From assembly GCF_000006765.1 (NCBI RefSeq), contig NC_002516.2: DNA of 64,000 bases; one strand, given 5' to 3'. The notes beneath the pieces were generated by a model. The model was not told where the DNA came from. It ran no database searches and was given only the letters and a program-made list of their open reading frames with translations. Below, piece by piece: positions 43,398 through 55,218 of this stretch (the first letter of the stretch is position 1; each line of letters opens with the position of its first letter). Source of the DNA: Pseudomonas aeruginosa PAO1 (GTDB taxonomy: Bacteria; Pseudomonadota; Gammaproteobacteria; Pseudomonadales; Pseudomonadaceae). The position numbers and the translations under genes were made by a program.

Positions 43398-44141
43398 TCA
43401 GACCTCGAAGACGAATTCCGGACGGAACCCGCCTCTCTCGTGGGGATAGCCGCCCGGATTGGCCAGCACCCGTGCCCGGCCGATGCGGTAGTCGAGGGCG
43501 TCGTGGACGTGACCGTGCAGCCAGTAGTCGGCCTGCGCCACCAGTTCGTCGAGGTTGGAAGCGAAGGCTGGCGACAGTGGGTTGCCGACGAACTGCGGCG
43601 GGATCGACAGCGCACTGGGCGCGTGGTGGCTGACCACCAGCGTCGGGCCGTCGTGGGGCCGCGCCAGCTGTTCGGCGAGCCAGTCGCGCGAGGCCTGGTG
43701 CAGGGCGATGCTCTGCTCGGGGGTGAAGTCGCCACCGAACCAGTCGATGCAGCTGAAGTCCGGCATCGATTGTAGGGCCAGCTCATGGGCGGGTGCATAG
43801 CCGTCCGCGCCATAGAGCTGGAAGTCGGTCCACAGGGTGGCGCCGAGGAAGCGCGCCGGGCCGATCCGCGCTTCGTCGTTTTCCAGGAAGTGGATCTCCA
43901 GCGCCCGGGCGATATTGCGCATCGCCTGGGTCAGGTCGGTCATTTCCGAGGAGTAGAACTCATGGTTGCCGGCGACGTAGACGATCTCGCTGTCGGCGAA
44001 GGTCTCGCGGGCCCAGTGCAGGCCTTCCAGGTGGCTGTGGATATCGCCGGCCAGCACCACCACGTCGGCCTCGACCTCTGGCAGTTGGCGTCGCCCGTCG
44101 AAATGTTCGTGGTGGAGGTCGGACAGCAGGCGGATCTTCAT
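43398..44141 (-). CDS. Calcineurin-like metallophosphoesterase (PA0544)
   Basis: SDLH, AGDI, GNHE, SHH, HGHVH, NPGGY. Confidence 0.93.
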   Translation of the reverse strand: MKIRLLSDLHHEHFDGRRQLPEVEADVVVLAGDIHSHLEGLHWARETFADSEIVYVAGNHEFYSSEMTDLTQAMRNIARALEIHFLENDEARIGPARFLGATLWTDFQLYGADGYAPAHELALQSMPDFSCIDWFGGDFTPEQSIALHQASRDWLAEQLARPHDGPTLVVSHHAPSALSIPPQFVGNPLSPAFASNLDELVAQADYWLHGHVHDALDYRIGRARVLANPGGYPHERGGFRPEFVFEV

Positions 44142-44212
44142 GGCACGGCTCGGCGGTAGGCGCGGCGGACCAGCATAGCTCCGCCCACCCCGGGGTTGAA
44201 GGCCGACAACGA

Positions 44213-44226
44213 TTGACGCAGGTCAT
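44213..44226. promoter_or_regulatory. Anr-like box
   Basis: TTGAC-GCAG-GTCAT. Confidence 0.6.
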
Positions 44227-44272
44227 GGCTGTGCGGGAAAACCTCGCTGGCCTCGCTAATTCCCCCATGAAG

Positions 44273-44288
44273 TTAAGGGACAATTAAG
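44273..44288 (+). promoter_or_regulatory. OmpR-type direct repeat (BqsR/CarR box)
   Basis: TTAAG-GGACAA-TTAAG matches the recalled BqsR consensus TTAAG-N6-TTAAG. Confidence 0.75.
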
Positions 44289-44345
44289 ACTGGACGCGCA
44301 GGGTTCATTCCAGCGATTCGCGCGTTCTGTCTGGGAGTGGTGCCA

Positions 44346-45650
44346 ATGAAACTGTTATGGGGAGTTCTCGCCGCCGCGCTGGCGGCCTGGGGCCTGACGC
44401 TGGCCGTCGATCCGCCGGCGAGCCTGGACATCTGGGTGGTGCGCAAGCAGGCGATCCTGCTTACCGGGGTAGCGTCCTTCGCCCTGATGTCGTTGATCAT
44501 GCTGCTGGCGGTGCGTCCGGTCTGGCTGGAGAAGCCGCTGGACGGGCTCGACCGCATGTACCGCCTGCACAAGTGGGCGGGCATCCTGGCCATCGTCCTC
44601 GGCCTGTTGCACTACCTGCTGGAGTTGGCCGGCCCCTGGCTGGCGGGTATCGTCGGCAAACCGGTGAAAGGCCCGCGGGTGGAAACCTTCCTCGATGTCT
44701 TCCGTGGCTCGGCCAAGGAGTTGGGTGAATGGTCGGCGTGGATTCTCGGCGGGATGCTGCTGGTCACTCTCTGGCAGCGCTTCCCGTATCACCTCTGGCG
44801 TTATGTGCACAAGGCGTTGGCCCTGGTCTACCTGGTACTGGCCTTCCATTCCGTGGTGCTCGCCCCGGCCAGCTACTGGAGCCAGCCGGCCGGTTGGCTG
44901 GTGGCGGCCTGCGCTCTGCTCGGTTCGGCCTGCGCACTGTTGTCTCTGAGCGGGCGGATCGGTCGCACGCGTCGCCATGCGGGCGTGGTCACCGCCGTCG
45001 AGCGGCACGGCGAAAGCCTGCTCGAGGTGACCTGCCGGCTGCAGGGCGACTGGTCGCACAGGGCCGGGCAGTTCGCCTTTCTCACCTGCGACCGCCTGGA
45101 GGGTGCCCATCCGTTCACCATCGCCAGCGCCGACCGCGGCTGCGGCGAGGTGCGCTTCAGCATCAAGGCGTTGGGCGACTACACCCGGCGCCTGCAGGAC
45201 AACCTGGAGGTCGGCGCCAGGGTCGAGGTGGAGGGGCCATACGGCTGCTTCGACTTCCGCCGTGGCCTGGCCGGGCGGCAGGTCTGGGTCGCCGCCGGGA
45301 TCGGCGTGACGCCGTTCATCGCCTGGCTGGAGTCGCTGCAGGCCGCGCCGGAAAGCGCGCCATCGGTGGAGCTGCACTATTGCGTGCGCAATTCCCAGGA
45401 AGCGCTGTTCGCCGGGCGCTTGCGCGAGCTTTGCGAACACCTGCCCAGCGTGACCCTGCACATCCGCTATAGCGACGAGCAGGGCAAGCCGCAGGCGGCG
45501 CAACTGGGCGTGCTGAAGAGCGCCGAAGGACGCTGGCCGAGCGTCTGGTTCTGCGGTCCGCAGGGGCTGGCCGACAGCCTGCGCCGCGATCTGCGCCGGC
45601 AGGGCATGCCGCTGCGGCTGTTCCACCAGGAAGCCTTCCGCATGCGCTGA
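44346..45650 (+). CDS. Ferric reductase-like transmembrane flavoprotein (PA0545)
   Basis: LHKW..LH and VHK..FH heme His pairs, HPFTIAS FAD motif, VEGPYG, AAGIGVTPF, FCGP. Confidence 0.92.
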   Translation: MKLLWGVLAAALAAWGLTLAVDPPASLDIWVVRKQAILLTGVASFALMSLIMLLAVRPVWLEKPLDGLDRMYRLHKWAGILAIVLGLLHYLLELAGPWLAGIVGKPVKGPRVETFLDVFRGSAKELGEWSAWILGGMLLVTLWQRFPYHLWRYVHKALALVYLVLAFHSVVLAPASYWSQPAGWLVAACALLGSACALLSLSGRIGRTRRHAGVVTAVERHGESLLEVTCRLQGDWSHRAGQFAFLTCDRLEGAHPFTIASADRGCGEVRFSIKALGDYTRRLQDNLEVGARVEVEGPYGCFDFRRGLAGRQVWVAAGIGVTPFIAWLESLQAAPESAPSVELHYCVRNSQEALFAGRLRELCEHLPSVTLHIRYSDEQGKPQAAQLGVLKSAEGRWPSVWFCGPQGLADSLRRDLRRQGMPLRLFHQEAFRMR

Positions 45651-45664
45651 GCCTGCCGGAAACG

Positions 45665-45692
45665 AAAAAGCCCCGCCGAAGCGGGGCTTTTT
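45665..45692. terminator. Bidirectional terminator
   Basis: AAAAAGCCCCGC-CGAA-GCGGGGCTTTTT. Confidence 0.93.
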
Positions 45693-45705
45693 ATCGCGCG
45701 GTCGC

Positions 45706-46896
45706 TCAGAGGCCGGCGGCGTCGCGCAGGAGAGCGGCCTTGTCGGTCTTCTCCCAGGTGAACGCGGTGAAGGTATCGCCGTCCACGGTCAGCTCGAACG
45801 GATGACGACCGAAGTGGCCGTAGGCCGCGGTCGGCTGGTACATCGGGTGGAGCAGGTCGAGCATCTTGGTGATCGCGTACGGGCGCAGGTCGAAGTGCTC
45901 GCGGACCAGTTGCACGATCTTCTCGTCGCTGACCTTGCCGGTGCCGAAGGTGTTGATCGAGATCGAGGTCGGCTGGGCCACGCCGATGGCGTAGGAAACC
46001 TGGATCTCGCAACGCTCGGCGAGGCCGGCGGCGACGATGTTCTTCGCCACGTAGCGGCCGGCGTAGGCGGCGGAGCGGTCGACCTTGGACGGGTCCTTGC
46101 CGGAGAACGCGCCGCCGCCGTGGCGGGCCATGCCGCCGTAGGAGTCGACGATGATCTTGCGTCCGGTCAGGCCGCAGTCGCCGACCGGGCCGCCGATCAC
46201 GAAGTTGCCGGTCGGGTTGATGTGGAACTGGGTGTCCTTGTGCAGCAGCTCGGCCGGCAGCACCTGCTTGATGATCAGCTCCATCACGCCGTCGCGCAGG
46301 TCGTTATAGGAGACTTCCGGGTTGTGCTGGGTGGACAGCACCACCGCATCGATGCCGACCACCTTGCCGCCTTCGTAGCGGCAGGTCACCTGGGACTTGG
46401 CGTCCGGGCGCAGCCATGGCAGCAGGCCGGACTTGCGCGCCTCGGCCTGGCGCTCGACCAGGCGGTGGGAGAAACAGATCGGCGCCGGCATCAGCACGTC
46501 GGTCTCGTTGCTGGCGTAGCCGAACATCAGGCCCTGGTCGCCGGCGCCCTGGTCTTCCGGCTTGGCCCGGTCGACGCCCTGGTTGATGTCCACCGACTGC
46601 TTGCCGATGATGTTCAGCACGCCGCAGGTGGCACCATCGAAGCCGACGTCGGAGCTGTCGTAGCCGATGTCGATGATGACCTTGCGCACCAGCTCTTCCA
46701 GGTCGACCCAGGCGGAGGTGGTGACTTCACCGGCGATGATCGCCACGCCGGTCTTGACCAGGGTTTCGCATGCCACGCGAGCGTACTTGTCCTTGGCGAT
46801 GATGGCGTCCAGCACCGCGTCGGAGATCTGGTCCGCGATCTTGTCCGGATGGCCTTCGGACACGGACTCGGAGGTGAAAACGGAATATTCGCTCAT
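45706..46896 (-). CDS. metK: S-adenosylmethionine synthetase
   Basis: [28 protein letters not shown]. Confidence 0.99.
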
Positions 46897-46911
46897 CAAT
46901 CGGTTCCTACA

Positions 46912-47913
46912 TTACCGGTGGGTGAGGCGGCTTTCGGATGCATCCCTGGCGAAGTGCCGGACCTGGATCTGGAAGCCATTGCGTAAACCAATGTAAAGAC
47001 TCTCGCCGGGCGTGAGCCCTGCGGCGTCGGCCCACTGGGCCAGGTCCTCCTGTTCGAAACCCAACCAGAGGTCGCCGCAGGCCTCCCTGGCCCAGCCCTG
47101 GTTGTGCCGGCACAAGTCCGTCACCAGCAGGCTGCCGCCCGGATGGACCAGGCGGGCCAACTGTTTCAGCGCCTCCGCCGGCGCGGCGAAGTGGTGCAGG
47201 ACCATGTTCAGCACCACGCAATCGGCCGGTTCGGCGGCGTCCTGCAGGGCATCGGCCAATTCCAGGCGGACGTTGCCCAATCCTTCTTCCTTGCAGCGCT
47301 GGCGCGCCAGTTCCAGCATCGCCGCGCTGTTGTCCAGCGCCGTGACCTGGCGGAAACGCCTGGCGAGTTCCGGCAGGAATCCGCCGTCCCCCGGGCCGAC
47401 CTCCAGCGCCGTGGCGCCGGGGGCGAAGGCCAGTGCGTCGAGCAAGGCCAACACGCTCTCACGGTATTGCGGCAGTCCTGCGATCAGGTCCTGCTGGGCC
47501 TGGAACTTGTCCGCCGCGCGGGCGAAGAAGTCCTGGCTGACCGCCGCGCGCTGGGCGTGCACGGCATCGATCCGCGCCCGCACGTCGTCGGGTAGCGCCC
47601 GTTCGTCCACTTCCTCCAGCAGCGCCGCGTGCAGCGCGCCGCCGGTGCGTTCGGCCAGGGGCAGCGAACGTCGGTAGAAGATCGCGTTGCCCTCGCGGCG
47701 CGTCGCCACCAGCCCGGCCTGGGCCAGCACCTTGAGGTGGTGGCTCATGCCCGACTGGCCGATGGCGAAGATCTGCGCCAGCTCCAGCACGCCGAACGAA
47801 TCGTTGGCCAGGGCGCGCAACACATTCAGTCGCAGCGAGTCGCCAGCCGCCTTGCACAGCGCGGCGAGCGGGTCGTAGTCGTCTGGTCGTATCGAAGGCA
47901 CGCGAAGGCTCAT
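46912..47913 (-). CDS. sahR: ArsR-HTH plus SAM-methyltransferase-fold regulator (PA0547)
   Basis: QSGMSHHLKVL, EVGPGDG, VLHH; upstream of metK. Symbol from recalled SahR family. Confidence 0.88.
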   Translation of the reverse strand: MSLRVPSIRPDDYDPLAALCKAAGDSLRLNVLRALANDSFGVLELAQIFAIGQSGMSHHLKVLAQAGLVATRREGNAIFYRRSLPLAERTGGALHAALLEEVDERALPDDVRARIDAVHAQRAAVSQDFFARAADKFQAQQDLIAGLPQYRESVLALLDALAFAPGATALEVGPGDGGFLPELARRFRQVTALDNSAAMLELARQRCKEEGLGNVRLELADALQDAAEPADCVVLNMVLHHFAAPAEALKQLARLVHPGGSLLVTDLCRHNQGWAREACGDLWLGFEQEDLAQWADAAGLTPGESLYIGLRNGFQIQVRHFARDASESRLTHR

Positions 47914-47956
47914 GGAGGCGCAGTCTAGTACCGGGTCCGAACCCCGGCAATGCCTG

Positions 47957-47974
47957 TATCAAAAATTTTTGATA
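47957..47974. promoter_or_regulatory. SahR operator
   Basis: Perfect palindrome TATCAAAAATTTTTGATA (ATCAA-N6-TTGAT). Confidence 0.8.
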
Positions 47975-48159
47975 TTGATGACGGGTGGCCGTCGCGCAAT
48001 TGCAATCCGGCTGCGCCAGGCTTCTGGCAAAACCGGTCGGCAGCGACATACTGTCCCCCTGCCGATCTGTCATTGCCCCTTGGGCCTTCGGTGGGCGAAA
48101 ATGGCGCCCTTTTTTTCACTCCTGGTCTTCCGACCAGCAACCCCCGTAGGAGAATTGCG

Positions 48160-50157
48160 ATGCCCAGCCGTCGTGAGCGAGCCAATGCCATCCGTGCACT
48201 GAGCATGGATGCCGTGCAGAAAGCCAACAGCGGCCACCCGGGCGCCCCGATGGGCATGGCCGATATCGCCGAGGTCCTCTGGCGCGACTACATGCAGCAC
48301 AACCCGAGCAACCCGCAGTGGGCCAACCGCGACCGCTTCGTGCTGTCCAACGGCCACGGCTCGATGCTGATCTACTCCCTGCTGCACCTCACCGGGTACG
48401 ACCTCGGCATCGAGGACCTGAAGAACTTCCGCCAGCTCAACTCGCGCACCCCGGGCCACCCGGAGTACGGCTACACCGCCGGCGTCGAGACCACCACCGG
48501 TCCGCTCGGCCAGGGCATCGCCAATGCGGTGGGCATGGCGCTGGCGGAGAAGGTCCTGGCCGCCCAGTTCAACCGCGACGGCCACGCGGTGGTCGACCAC
48601 TACACCTACGCCTTCCTCGGCGACGGCTGCATGATGGAAGGCATTTCCCATGAGGTCGCCTCGCTGGCCGGCACCCTGCGCCTGAACAAGCTGATCGCCT
48701 TCTACGACGACAACGGCATTTCCATCGACGGCGAGGTCCACGGCTGGTTCACCGACGACACCCCGAAGCGCTTCGAGGCCTATGGCTGGCAAGTGATCCG
48801 CAACGTCGACGGGCATGACGCCGACGAGATCAAGACCGCCATCGATACCGCGCGCAAGAGCGACCAGCCGACCCTGATCTGCTGCAAGACCGTGATCGGT
48901 TTCGGCTCGCCGAACAAGCAGGGCAAGGAAGAGTGCCACGGCGCGCCGCTGGGCGCCGACGAGATCGCCGCGACCCGCGCCGCGCTGGGCTGGGAGCACG
49001 CTCCGTTCGAGATCCCGGCGCAGATCTACGCCGAGTGGGACGCCAAGGAAACCGGCGCCGCCCAGGAAGCCGAGTGGAACAAGCGTTTCGCCGCCTACCA
49101 GGCTGCCCATCCGGAACTGGCCGCCGAATTGCTGCGCCGCCTGAAGGGCGAGCTGCCGGCCGACTTCGCCGAGAAGGCCGCGGCCTACGTCGCCGATGTT
49201 GCCAACAAGGGTGAGACCATCGCCAGCCGCAAGGCCAGCCAGAACGCGCTGAACGCCTTCGGCCCGCTGCTGCCGGAGCTGCTCGGCGGTTCCGCCGACC
49301 TGGCCGGCTCCAACCTGACCTTGTGGAAGGGCTGCAAGGGCGTCAGCGCCGACGACGCCGCCGGCAACTACGTGTTCTACGGCGTGCGCGAATTCGGCAT
49401 GAGCGCGATCATGAATGGCGTCGCCCTGCACGGCGGTTTCATTCCCTACGGTGCGACCTTCCTGATCTTCATGGAATACGCGCGCAACGCCGTGCGCATG
49501 TCCGCACTGATGAAGCAGCGCGTGCTCTACGTGTTCACCCACGACTCCATCGGCCTCGGCGAGGACGGCCCGACCCACCAGCCGATCGAACAACTGGCCA
49601 GCCTGCGCCTGACCCCGAACCTGGACACCTGGCGCCCGGCCGACGCGGTCGAGTCGGCGGTGGCCTGGAAGCATGCCATCGAGCGCGCCGACGGTCCGTC
49701 CGCGCTGATCTTCTCCCGCCAGAACCTGCCGCACCAGGCGCGCGACGTCGCCCAGGTGGCCGACATCGCCCGCGGCGGCTACGTGCTGAAGGACTGCGAA
49801 GGCGAGCCGGAACTGATCCTGATCGCCACCGGTTCGGAAGTCGGCCTGGCCGTGCAGGCCTACGACAAGCTCAGCGAGCAGGGCCGCAAGGTCCGCGTGG
49901 TATCGATGCCATGCACCAGCGTCTACGAGCAGCAGGACGAGTCCTACAAGCAGTCCGTGCTGCCGGTGGAAGTCGGCGCGCGCATCGCCATCGAGGCCGC
50001 CCATGCCGACTACTGGTACAAGTACGTCGGTCTCGACGGGCGCATCATCGGCATGACCAGCTTCGGCGAGTCGGCGCCGGCCCCGGCGCTGTTCGAGCAC
50101 TTCGGCTTCACCCTGGACAACGTCCTGGCGGTGGCCGAGGAGCTGCTGGAAGACTGA
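48160..50157 (+). CDS. tktA: Transketolase
   Basis: [42 protein letters not shown]; 665 aa. Confidence 0.99.
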   Translation: MPSRRERANAIRALSMDAVQKANSGHPGAPMGMADIAEVLWRDYMQHNPSNPQWANRDRFVLSNGHGSMLIYSLLHLTGYDLGIEDLKNFRQLNSRTPGHPEYGYTAGVETTTGPLGQGIANAVGMALAEKVLAAQFNRDGHAVVDHYTYAFLGDGCMMEGISHEVASLAGTLRLNKLIAFYDDNGISIDGEVHGWFTDDTPKRFEAYGWQVIRNVDGHDADEIKTAIDTARKSDQPTLICCKTVIGFGSPNKQGKEECHGAPLGADEIAATRAALGWEHAPFEIPAQIYAEWDAKETGAAQEAEWNKRFAAYQAAHPELAAELLRRLKGELPADFAEKAAAYVADVANKGETIASRKASQNALNAFGPLLPELLGGSADLAGSNLTLWKGCKGVSADDAAGNYVFYGVREFGMSAIMNGVALHGGFIPYGATFLIFMEYARNAVRMSALMKQRVLYVFTHDSIGLGEDGPTHQPIEQLASLRLTPNLDTWRPADAVESAVAWKHAIERADGPSALIFSRQNLPHQARDVAQVADIARGGYVLKDCEGEPELILIATGSEVGLAVQAYDKLSEQGRKVRVVSMPCTSVYEQQDESYKQSVLPVEVGARIAIEAAHADYWYKYVGLDGRIIGMTSFGESAPAPALFEHFGFTLDNVLAVAEELLED

Positions 50158-51221
50158 TGCACACGCTCTACTGGCGGGACCTCGAAAGCCCCGCCAATGG
50201 CGAATGGCTGGGCCTCGCGGTCCAGGTGGAGGGCGCCCATCGGGCGCCCTCTTTCCTTCATCTGCAATCCGGCGGCCAGGCCCGCATTCGCCTGATGCGT
50301 GGCGATCAGCCGCTGCTCTGGGCCACCCAGTTGCCGTACCACGATGGCATCTGGCTGGTTAAGAGCCTGGTCGCGGCGAGCCCGGCGCAGGCCAGCGTGC
50401 CGCCCATCGACTCGCCGACCCTGGAAGCGTTGCGCGGCCTGCGCGGCGAGGCCCGCTACAAGGCCTGGAGCCGCTATTTCGTCGAGACCCTGCGTACCAG
50501 CCCGGGCAGTTGCCTGGAGGCCGGGCGCTGGTTGCTGCGCCTGTCGCTCGCCGAGCAGGTGCCCGCCTGGCAGCCACCGCAGAGCCACGATCCGCGCGAA
50601 CGGGTGCTGGAACGCTGGCGCTACCGCAGCGTCGGGCGCGACGCACTGTTGCCGGACTGGCGCTTCTACAGCCTGGAGAAGGTCCTCGACGACGACTGGG
50701 TGCAGTGGCTCGACTGGTGGGGGCGCGACAACGACGCCCTGATCGCCCTGCGCCGGGTCGAGGATGACGAGGGGCGGGTCAAGTGGTGGCGCAAGAAGGC
50801 CCGCGAAGGCGAGCTGCCGCCGGTGCTGGCGCTGCGCCTGAACTGCCTGGATGCCTGCGTGATCCTCGATGGCCACTGCCGGCTGCGCGCCGGCCTGCTG
50901 GAGAACGTCGCGCCGGAGATCCTGGTGCTCTGTGCCTACGACGAGCAGCCGATGCCGGTGGATACGGCGCAGCGCGAACGGGTGCTGCAATCGCTGGCGC
51001 AGCGGGTCGACGCGCCGGTGCGCCGTGGACGCCGGCCGCTGGATAGCGAACAGCTCAACCAGGTGCTGCTGCGCCTGTTCGACGACCGTCCCTGGCCGCG
51101 AGTGCTGACCCGTGCCCGCGCGGTGCTGAAGGAAGAACAGTGGTGCGCGGAAGTGCGCGACTGGCTGGCCGCCCGCGAGCGTCTGGACGCGCTGGAGCCG
51201 ATCATCCGTCGCGTCGAGTAG
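50157..51221 (+). CDS. Hypothetical protein with a ParB/Srx-like motif (PA0549)
   Basis: ATG overlaps the tktA TGA; [18 protein letters not shown]. Confidence 0.85.
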   Translation: MHTLYWRDLESPANGEWLGLAVQVEGAHRAPSFLHLQSGGQARIRLMRGDQPLLWATQLPYHDGIWLVKSLVAASPAQASVPPIDSPTLEALRGLRGEARYKAWSRYFVETLRTSPGSCLEAGRWLLRLSLAEQVPAWQPPQSHDPRERVLERWRYRSVGRDALLPDWRFYSLEKVLDDDWVQWLDWWGRDNDALIALRRVEDDEGRVKWWRKKAREGELPPVLALRLNCLDACVILDGHCRLRAGLLENVAPEILVLCAYDEQPMPVDTAQRERVLQSLAQRVDAPVRRGRRPLDSEQLNQVLLRLFDDRPWPRVLTRARAVLKEEQWCAEVRDWLAARERLDALEPIIRRVE

Positions 51222-51999
51222 CGCGCCAGCGCCGCAGCCATTCCAGGCCTGCCGAGGTGTCGCCGCGCGGACGGTACTCGCAGCCGATCCAGCCCTGGTA
51301 GCCGAGCCGGTCGAGTAGCTCGAACAGGTAGGGGTAGTTCACTTCGTTGTCGTCATCCGGCTCGTGGCGGTCGGGTACCCCGGCGATCTGGACGTGGCCG
51401 ATATTGCCGATGTCGCGACGCAGGGTGGTGGCCAGGTCGCCCTCGACGATCTGGCAGTGGTAGCAGTCGAACTGTACCTGCAGGTTGTCCGCGCCGACCT
51501 CGCGGCAGATGGCCTGGGCGTCGTCCTGGCGGGTGAGGAAGAAGCCCGGCATGTCGCGGTTGTTGATCGGCTCTATGAGCACCGTCAGCCCGGCGCCGGC
51601 GGCCTCGCGGGCGGCATGGGCGAGGTTGTCGAGGTAGGTCTCGCGGTGGCGGATGCGGTCGGCGCCGGCCGGCAGCAGTCCGGCCATGACATGGATGTGG
51701 CGGTTGCCGAGGACCTGGGCATAGTCGATGGCCTGGGCGATGGCGCGGCGGAATTCGGCCTCGCGCCCCGGCAGGCTGGCCAGGCCGCGCTCGCCCTTGT
51801 CCCAGTCGCCGGGTGCGGCATTGAACAGCACCTGGCGCAGGCCGTGGTCGTCCAGCCGGGCCTTCAGTTCGGCCGCAGGGTAGGCATAGGGGAACAGGTA
51901 CTCCACGCCCTCGAAGCCGTCCGCCGCGGCGGCGGCGAAGCGTTCGAGGAAGTCGTGGCGGGGGTAGAGCATGCTGAGGTTGGCGGCGAAGCGGGGCAT
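51202..51999 (-). CDS. Hydroxypyruvate isomerase / OtnI family (PA0550)
   Basis: [54 protein letters not shown]. Confidence 0.93.
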   Translation of the reverse strand: MPRFAANLSMLYPRHDFLERFAAAAADGFEGVEYLFPYAYPAAELKARLDDHGLRQVLFNAAPGDWDKGERGLASLPGREAEFRRAIAQAIDYAQVLGNRHIHVMAGLLPAGADRIRHRETYLDNLAHAAREAAGAGLTVLIEPINNRDMPGFFLTRQDDAQAICREVGADNLQVQFDCYHCQIVEGDLATTLRRDIGNIGHVQIAGVPDRHEPDDDNEVNYPYLFELLDRLGYQGWIGCEYRPRGDTSAGLEWLRRWRATRRDG

Positions 52000-52213
52000 C
52001 TGGCGCTCCTGGCGGTCGGTGGATGCGGGCGAGCCTTGCACAACGGAACGCGGTCGCGCCAGCCAGGTGTCGCATGAATCGTTTCAGCGCCTGCACGCGA
52101 GCTGTTGCCGCGGCGCACGCCGCGCCGCGCGGGTCGCGGACGGTTCCCAGGCGGGCCCATCCCCCGCATAATTGGCGCCTTTCACTGGCCCCTTGCCGGA
52201 GCTATCCCTGCCG

Positions 52214-53275
52214 ATGTCCACCCCGCCTTTTCGCGTCGCGCTCAATGGCTATGGCCGTATCGGCCGCTGCGTCCTGCGCGCGCTGCACGAGCGCCCGGAG
52301 CAACTGGGCTTCGAGATCGTCGCGCTGAACGACCTGGCCGACCAGGCCAGCGTCGAGTACCTGACCCGCTTCGACTCCACCCATGGCCGCTTTCCCGGCG
52401 AAGTGAAGGTCGACGGCGACTGCCTGCACATCAACGGCGATTGCGTGAAGGTGCTGCGCAGCCCGACTCCGGAGGCCATCGACTGGCAGGCGCTGCGGGT
52501 CGACCTGGTGCTGGAGTGCTCCGGCCAGTACACCAACCGCGCCCAGGCCGAGCGTTTCCTCCGCGCCGGCGCGCCGCGGGTGCTGTTCTCGCAGCCGATG
52601 GCGAGCGAGGCGGACATCGACGCCACCATCGTCTATGGGGTCAACCAGCAGGACCTCAGCGGCCGCGAAACGCTGGTCTCCAACGCCTCCTGCACGACCA
52701 ATTGCGGGGTGCCGCTGCTCAAGCTGCTGAACGAGGCGATCGGCCTGGAATACGTGTCGATCACCACCATCCACTCGGCGATGAACGACCAGCCGGTGAT
52801 CGACGCCTACCACCATGAGGACCTGCGCCGTACCCGTTCGGCGTTCCAGTCGGTGATCCCGGTGTCCACCGGTCTGGCGCGCGGCATCGAACGCCTGTTG
52901 CCGGAACTTGCCGGGCGCATCCAGGCCAAAGCCATACGCGTGCCCACGGTGAACGTCTCGGCGCTGGACATCACCCTGCAGACTTCCCGCGACACCTCCG
53001 CCGCCGAGATCAACCGGGTGCTTCGCGAGGCTGCCGAAAGCGGCCCGCTGCGCGGACTGCTGGCTTATACCGAGCTGCCGCACGCCAGTTGCGATTTCAA
53101 CCACGACCCCCATTCGGCCATCGTCGATGGCAGCCAGACCCGCGTTTCCGGGCCTCGCCTGGTCAACTTGCTGGCCTGGTTCGACAACGAATGGGGATTC
53201 GCCAACCGTATGCTCGACGTCGCCGGACACTACCTGCGCGCCGCCGTGCCTGATCAACAAGTACCCAAGGACTGA
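52214..53275 (+). CDS. epd: D-erythrose-4-phosphate dehydrogenase
   Basis: [40 protein letters not shown]. Confidence 0.97.
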
Positions 53276-53280
53276 TTGTC

Positions 53281-54444
53281 ATGACCGTGTTGAAGATGAC
53301 TGACCTCGACCTCAAAGGTAAGCGCGTGCTGATCCGCGAGGACCTCAACGTGCCCGTGAAGGACGGCCAGGTGCAGAGCGATGCACGGATCAAGGCCGCC
53401 CTGCCGACCCTCAAGCTGGCCCTGGAGAAGGGCGCGGCGGTGATGGTCTGCTCGCACCTGGGCCGTCCGACCGAGGGCGAGTTCTCCGCCGAGAACAGCC
53501 TGAAGCCGGTGGCCGAGTACCTGTCCAAGGCCCTGGGCCGCGAAGTGCCGCTGCTGGCCGACTACCTCGACGGCGTCGAGGTCAAGGCGGGCGACCTGGT
53601 GCTGTTCGAGAACGTGCGCTTCAACAAGGGCGAGAAGAAGAACGCCGACGAGCTGGCGCAGAAGTACGCCGCGCTGTGCGACGTGTTCGTGATGGATGCC
53701 TTCGGTACCGCCCACCGCGCCGAGGGGTCGACCCACGGCGTGGCCAGGTTCGCCAAGGTCGCCGCCGCCGGCCCGCTGCTGGCCGCCGAACTGGACGCGC
53801 TGGGCAAGGCGCTGGGCAACCCGGCGCGGCCGATGGCGGCGATCGTCGCCGGCTCCAAGGTTTCCACCAAGCTCGACGTGCTGAACAGCCTGGCCGGCAT
53901 CTGCGACCAACTGATCGTCGGCGGCGGCATCGCCAACACCTTCCTCGCCGCGGCCGGACACAAGGTCGGCAAGTCACTGTACGAGGCCGACCTGGTCGAG
54001 ACCGCCAAGGCCATCGCCGCCAAGGTCAAGGTGCCGCTGCCGGTGGACGTGGTGGTGGCCAAGGAATTCGCCGAGAGCGCCGTGGCGACCGTCAAGGCCA
54101 TCGCCGAGGTCGCCGACGACGACATGATCCTCGACATCGGCCCGCAGACCGCCGCGCAGTTCGCCGAGCTGCTGAAGACCTCGAAGACCATCCTGTGGAA
54201 CGGTCCGGTCGGGGTGTTCGAGTTCGACCAGTTCGGCGAGGGCACCCGTACCCTGGCCAATGCCATCGCCGATAGCGCGGCGTTCTCCATCGCCGGCGGC
54301 GGCGATACCCTGGCGGCGATCGACAAGTACGGCATCGCCGAGCGGATCTCCTATATTTCCACCGGTGGCGGCGCGTTCCTCGAGTTCGTCGAGGGCAAGG
54401 TCCTGCCGGCCGTGGAAATCCTGGAGCAGCGCGCCAAGGGCTGA
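53281..54444 (+). CDS. pgk: Phosphoglycerate kinase
   Basis: [31 protein letters not shown]. Confidence 0.99.
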
Positions 54445-54516
54445 CGCAGACGGGGCAAACCATTCGCCGTCCTCGGGGGTCACACCTTTGAGGACGACGA
54501 AAAAAGGAGGTGCCCC

Positions 54517-54717
54517 ATGCGTTCCGTAACCTTGCCACTCCTGATGTTCTGCCTGGGCCTGGCCGCCTGTAGCGGCGATGGCGGTCGACGCCCGAGCACC
54601 TGCGAGGTGATCAGTCCGCCGGACGTGATGGTGCCGACCGAGCAGAACCGCCAGCGGGTCGAGCAGCAGAGCAGCGGCGATCCGACCGCCGGACAAAAGC
54701 CGGTGGAATGCCCGTAG
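54517..54717 (+). CDS. Small lipoprotein (PA0553)
   Basis: AAGGAGG RBS, lipobox LAAC, two further Cys. Confidence 0.8.
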   Translation: MRSVTLPLLMFCLGLAACSGDGGRRPSTCEVISPPDVMVPTEQNRQRVEQQSSGDPTAGQKPVECP

Positions 54718-54876
54718 TGCTTTTCTGCCAGTTTCTACGGAAAGGGCTGGGGATTCGCCAGCGTACGCAGTAGCATTGCGCCTTTCCTGTGACAGGCAAG
54801 GCCAGCCGGCCGCCGCGCGGGCCGCTTGCGGCCCGGCGAGGTGCGGCGGAGCGTTCCGCACGGATGGAGGATGGAC

Positions 54877-55218
54877 ATGAACTACTCGCGTATCGCCCTG
54901 TTCGGCGGCTTCGCCGCCGCGGCGCTGCTGGCCGGCTGCTCCGCTTCCTCCGGCAAGCCGGGCGGCAAGGACTGGACCCGCTGGACCTGCGACAGCAAGG
55001 CGGTGATCGAATGGCGCTATATCGACGGCAGCAAGAACATCGTCGACCTGCGCCTGAAGGACGAGGACGACGTGGTCCACCACTTGGAGCAGGAACCTGC
55101 GGCCGTCGGCGCTTTCTATAGCGACGGACGCCTGGGCTTCCACCTGGAGAACGACGAAGGCCTGGTGTACTGGGTCGAAACCGACGACCTCATCGGTCGC
55201 GGTTGCAAGGCGCGCTGA
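54877..55218 (+). CDS. MliC-like lipoprotein (PA0554)
   Basis: Lipobox LAGC, WTC...L..EPAAVGAFY...C; start may be 54871. Confidence 0.8.
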   Translation: MNYSRIALFGGFAAAALLAGCSASSGKPGGKDWTRWTCDSKAVIEWRYIDGSKNIVDLRLKDEDDVVHHLEQEPAAVGAFYSDGRLGFHLENDEGLVYWVETDDLIGRGCKAR

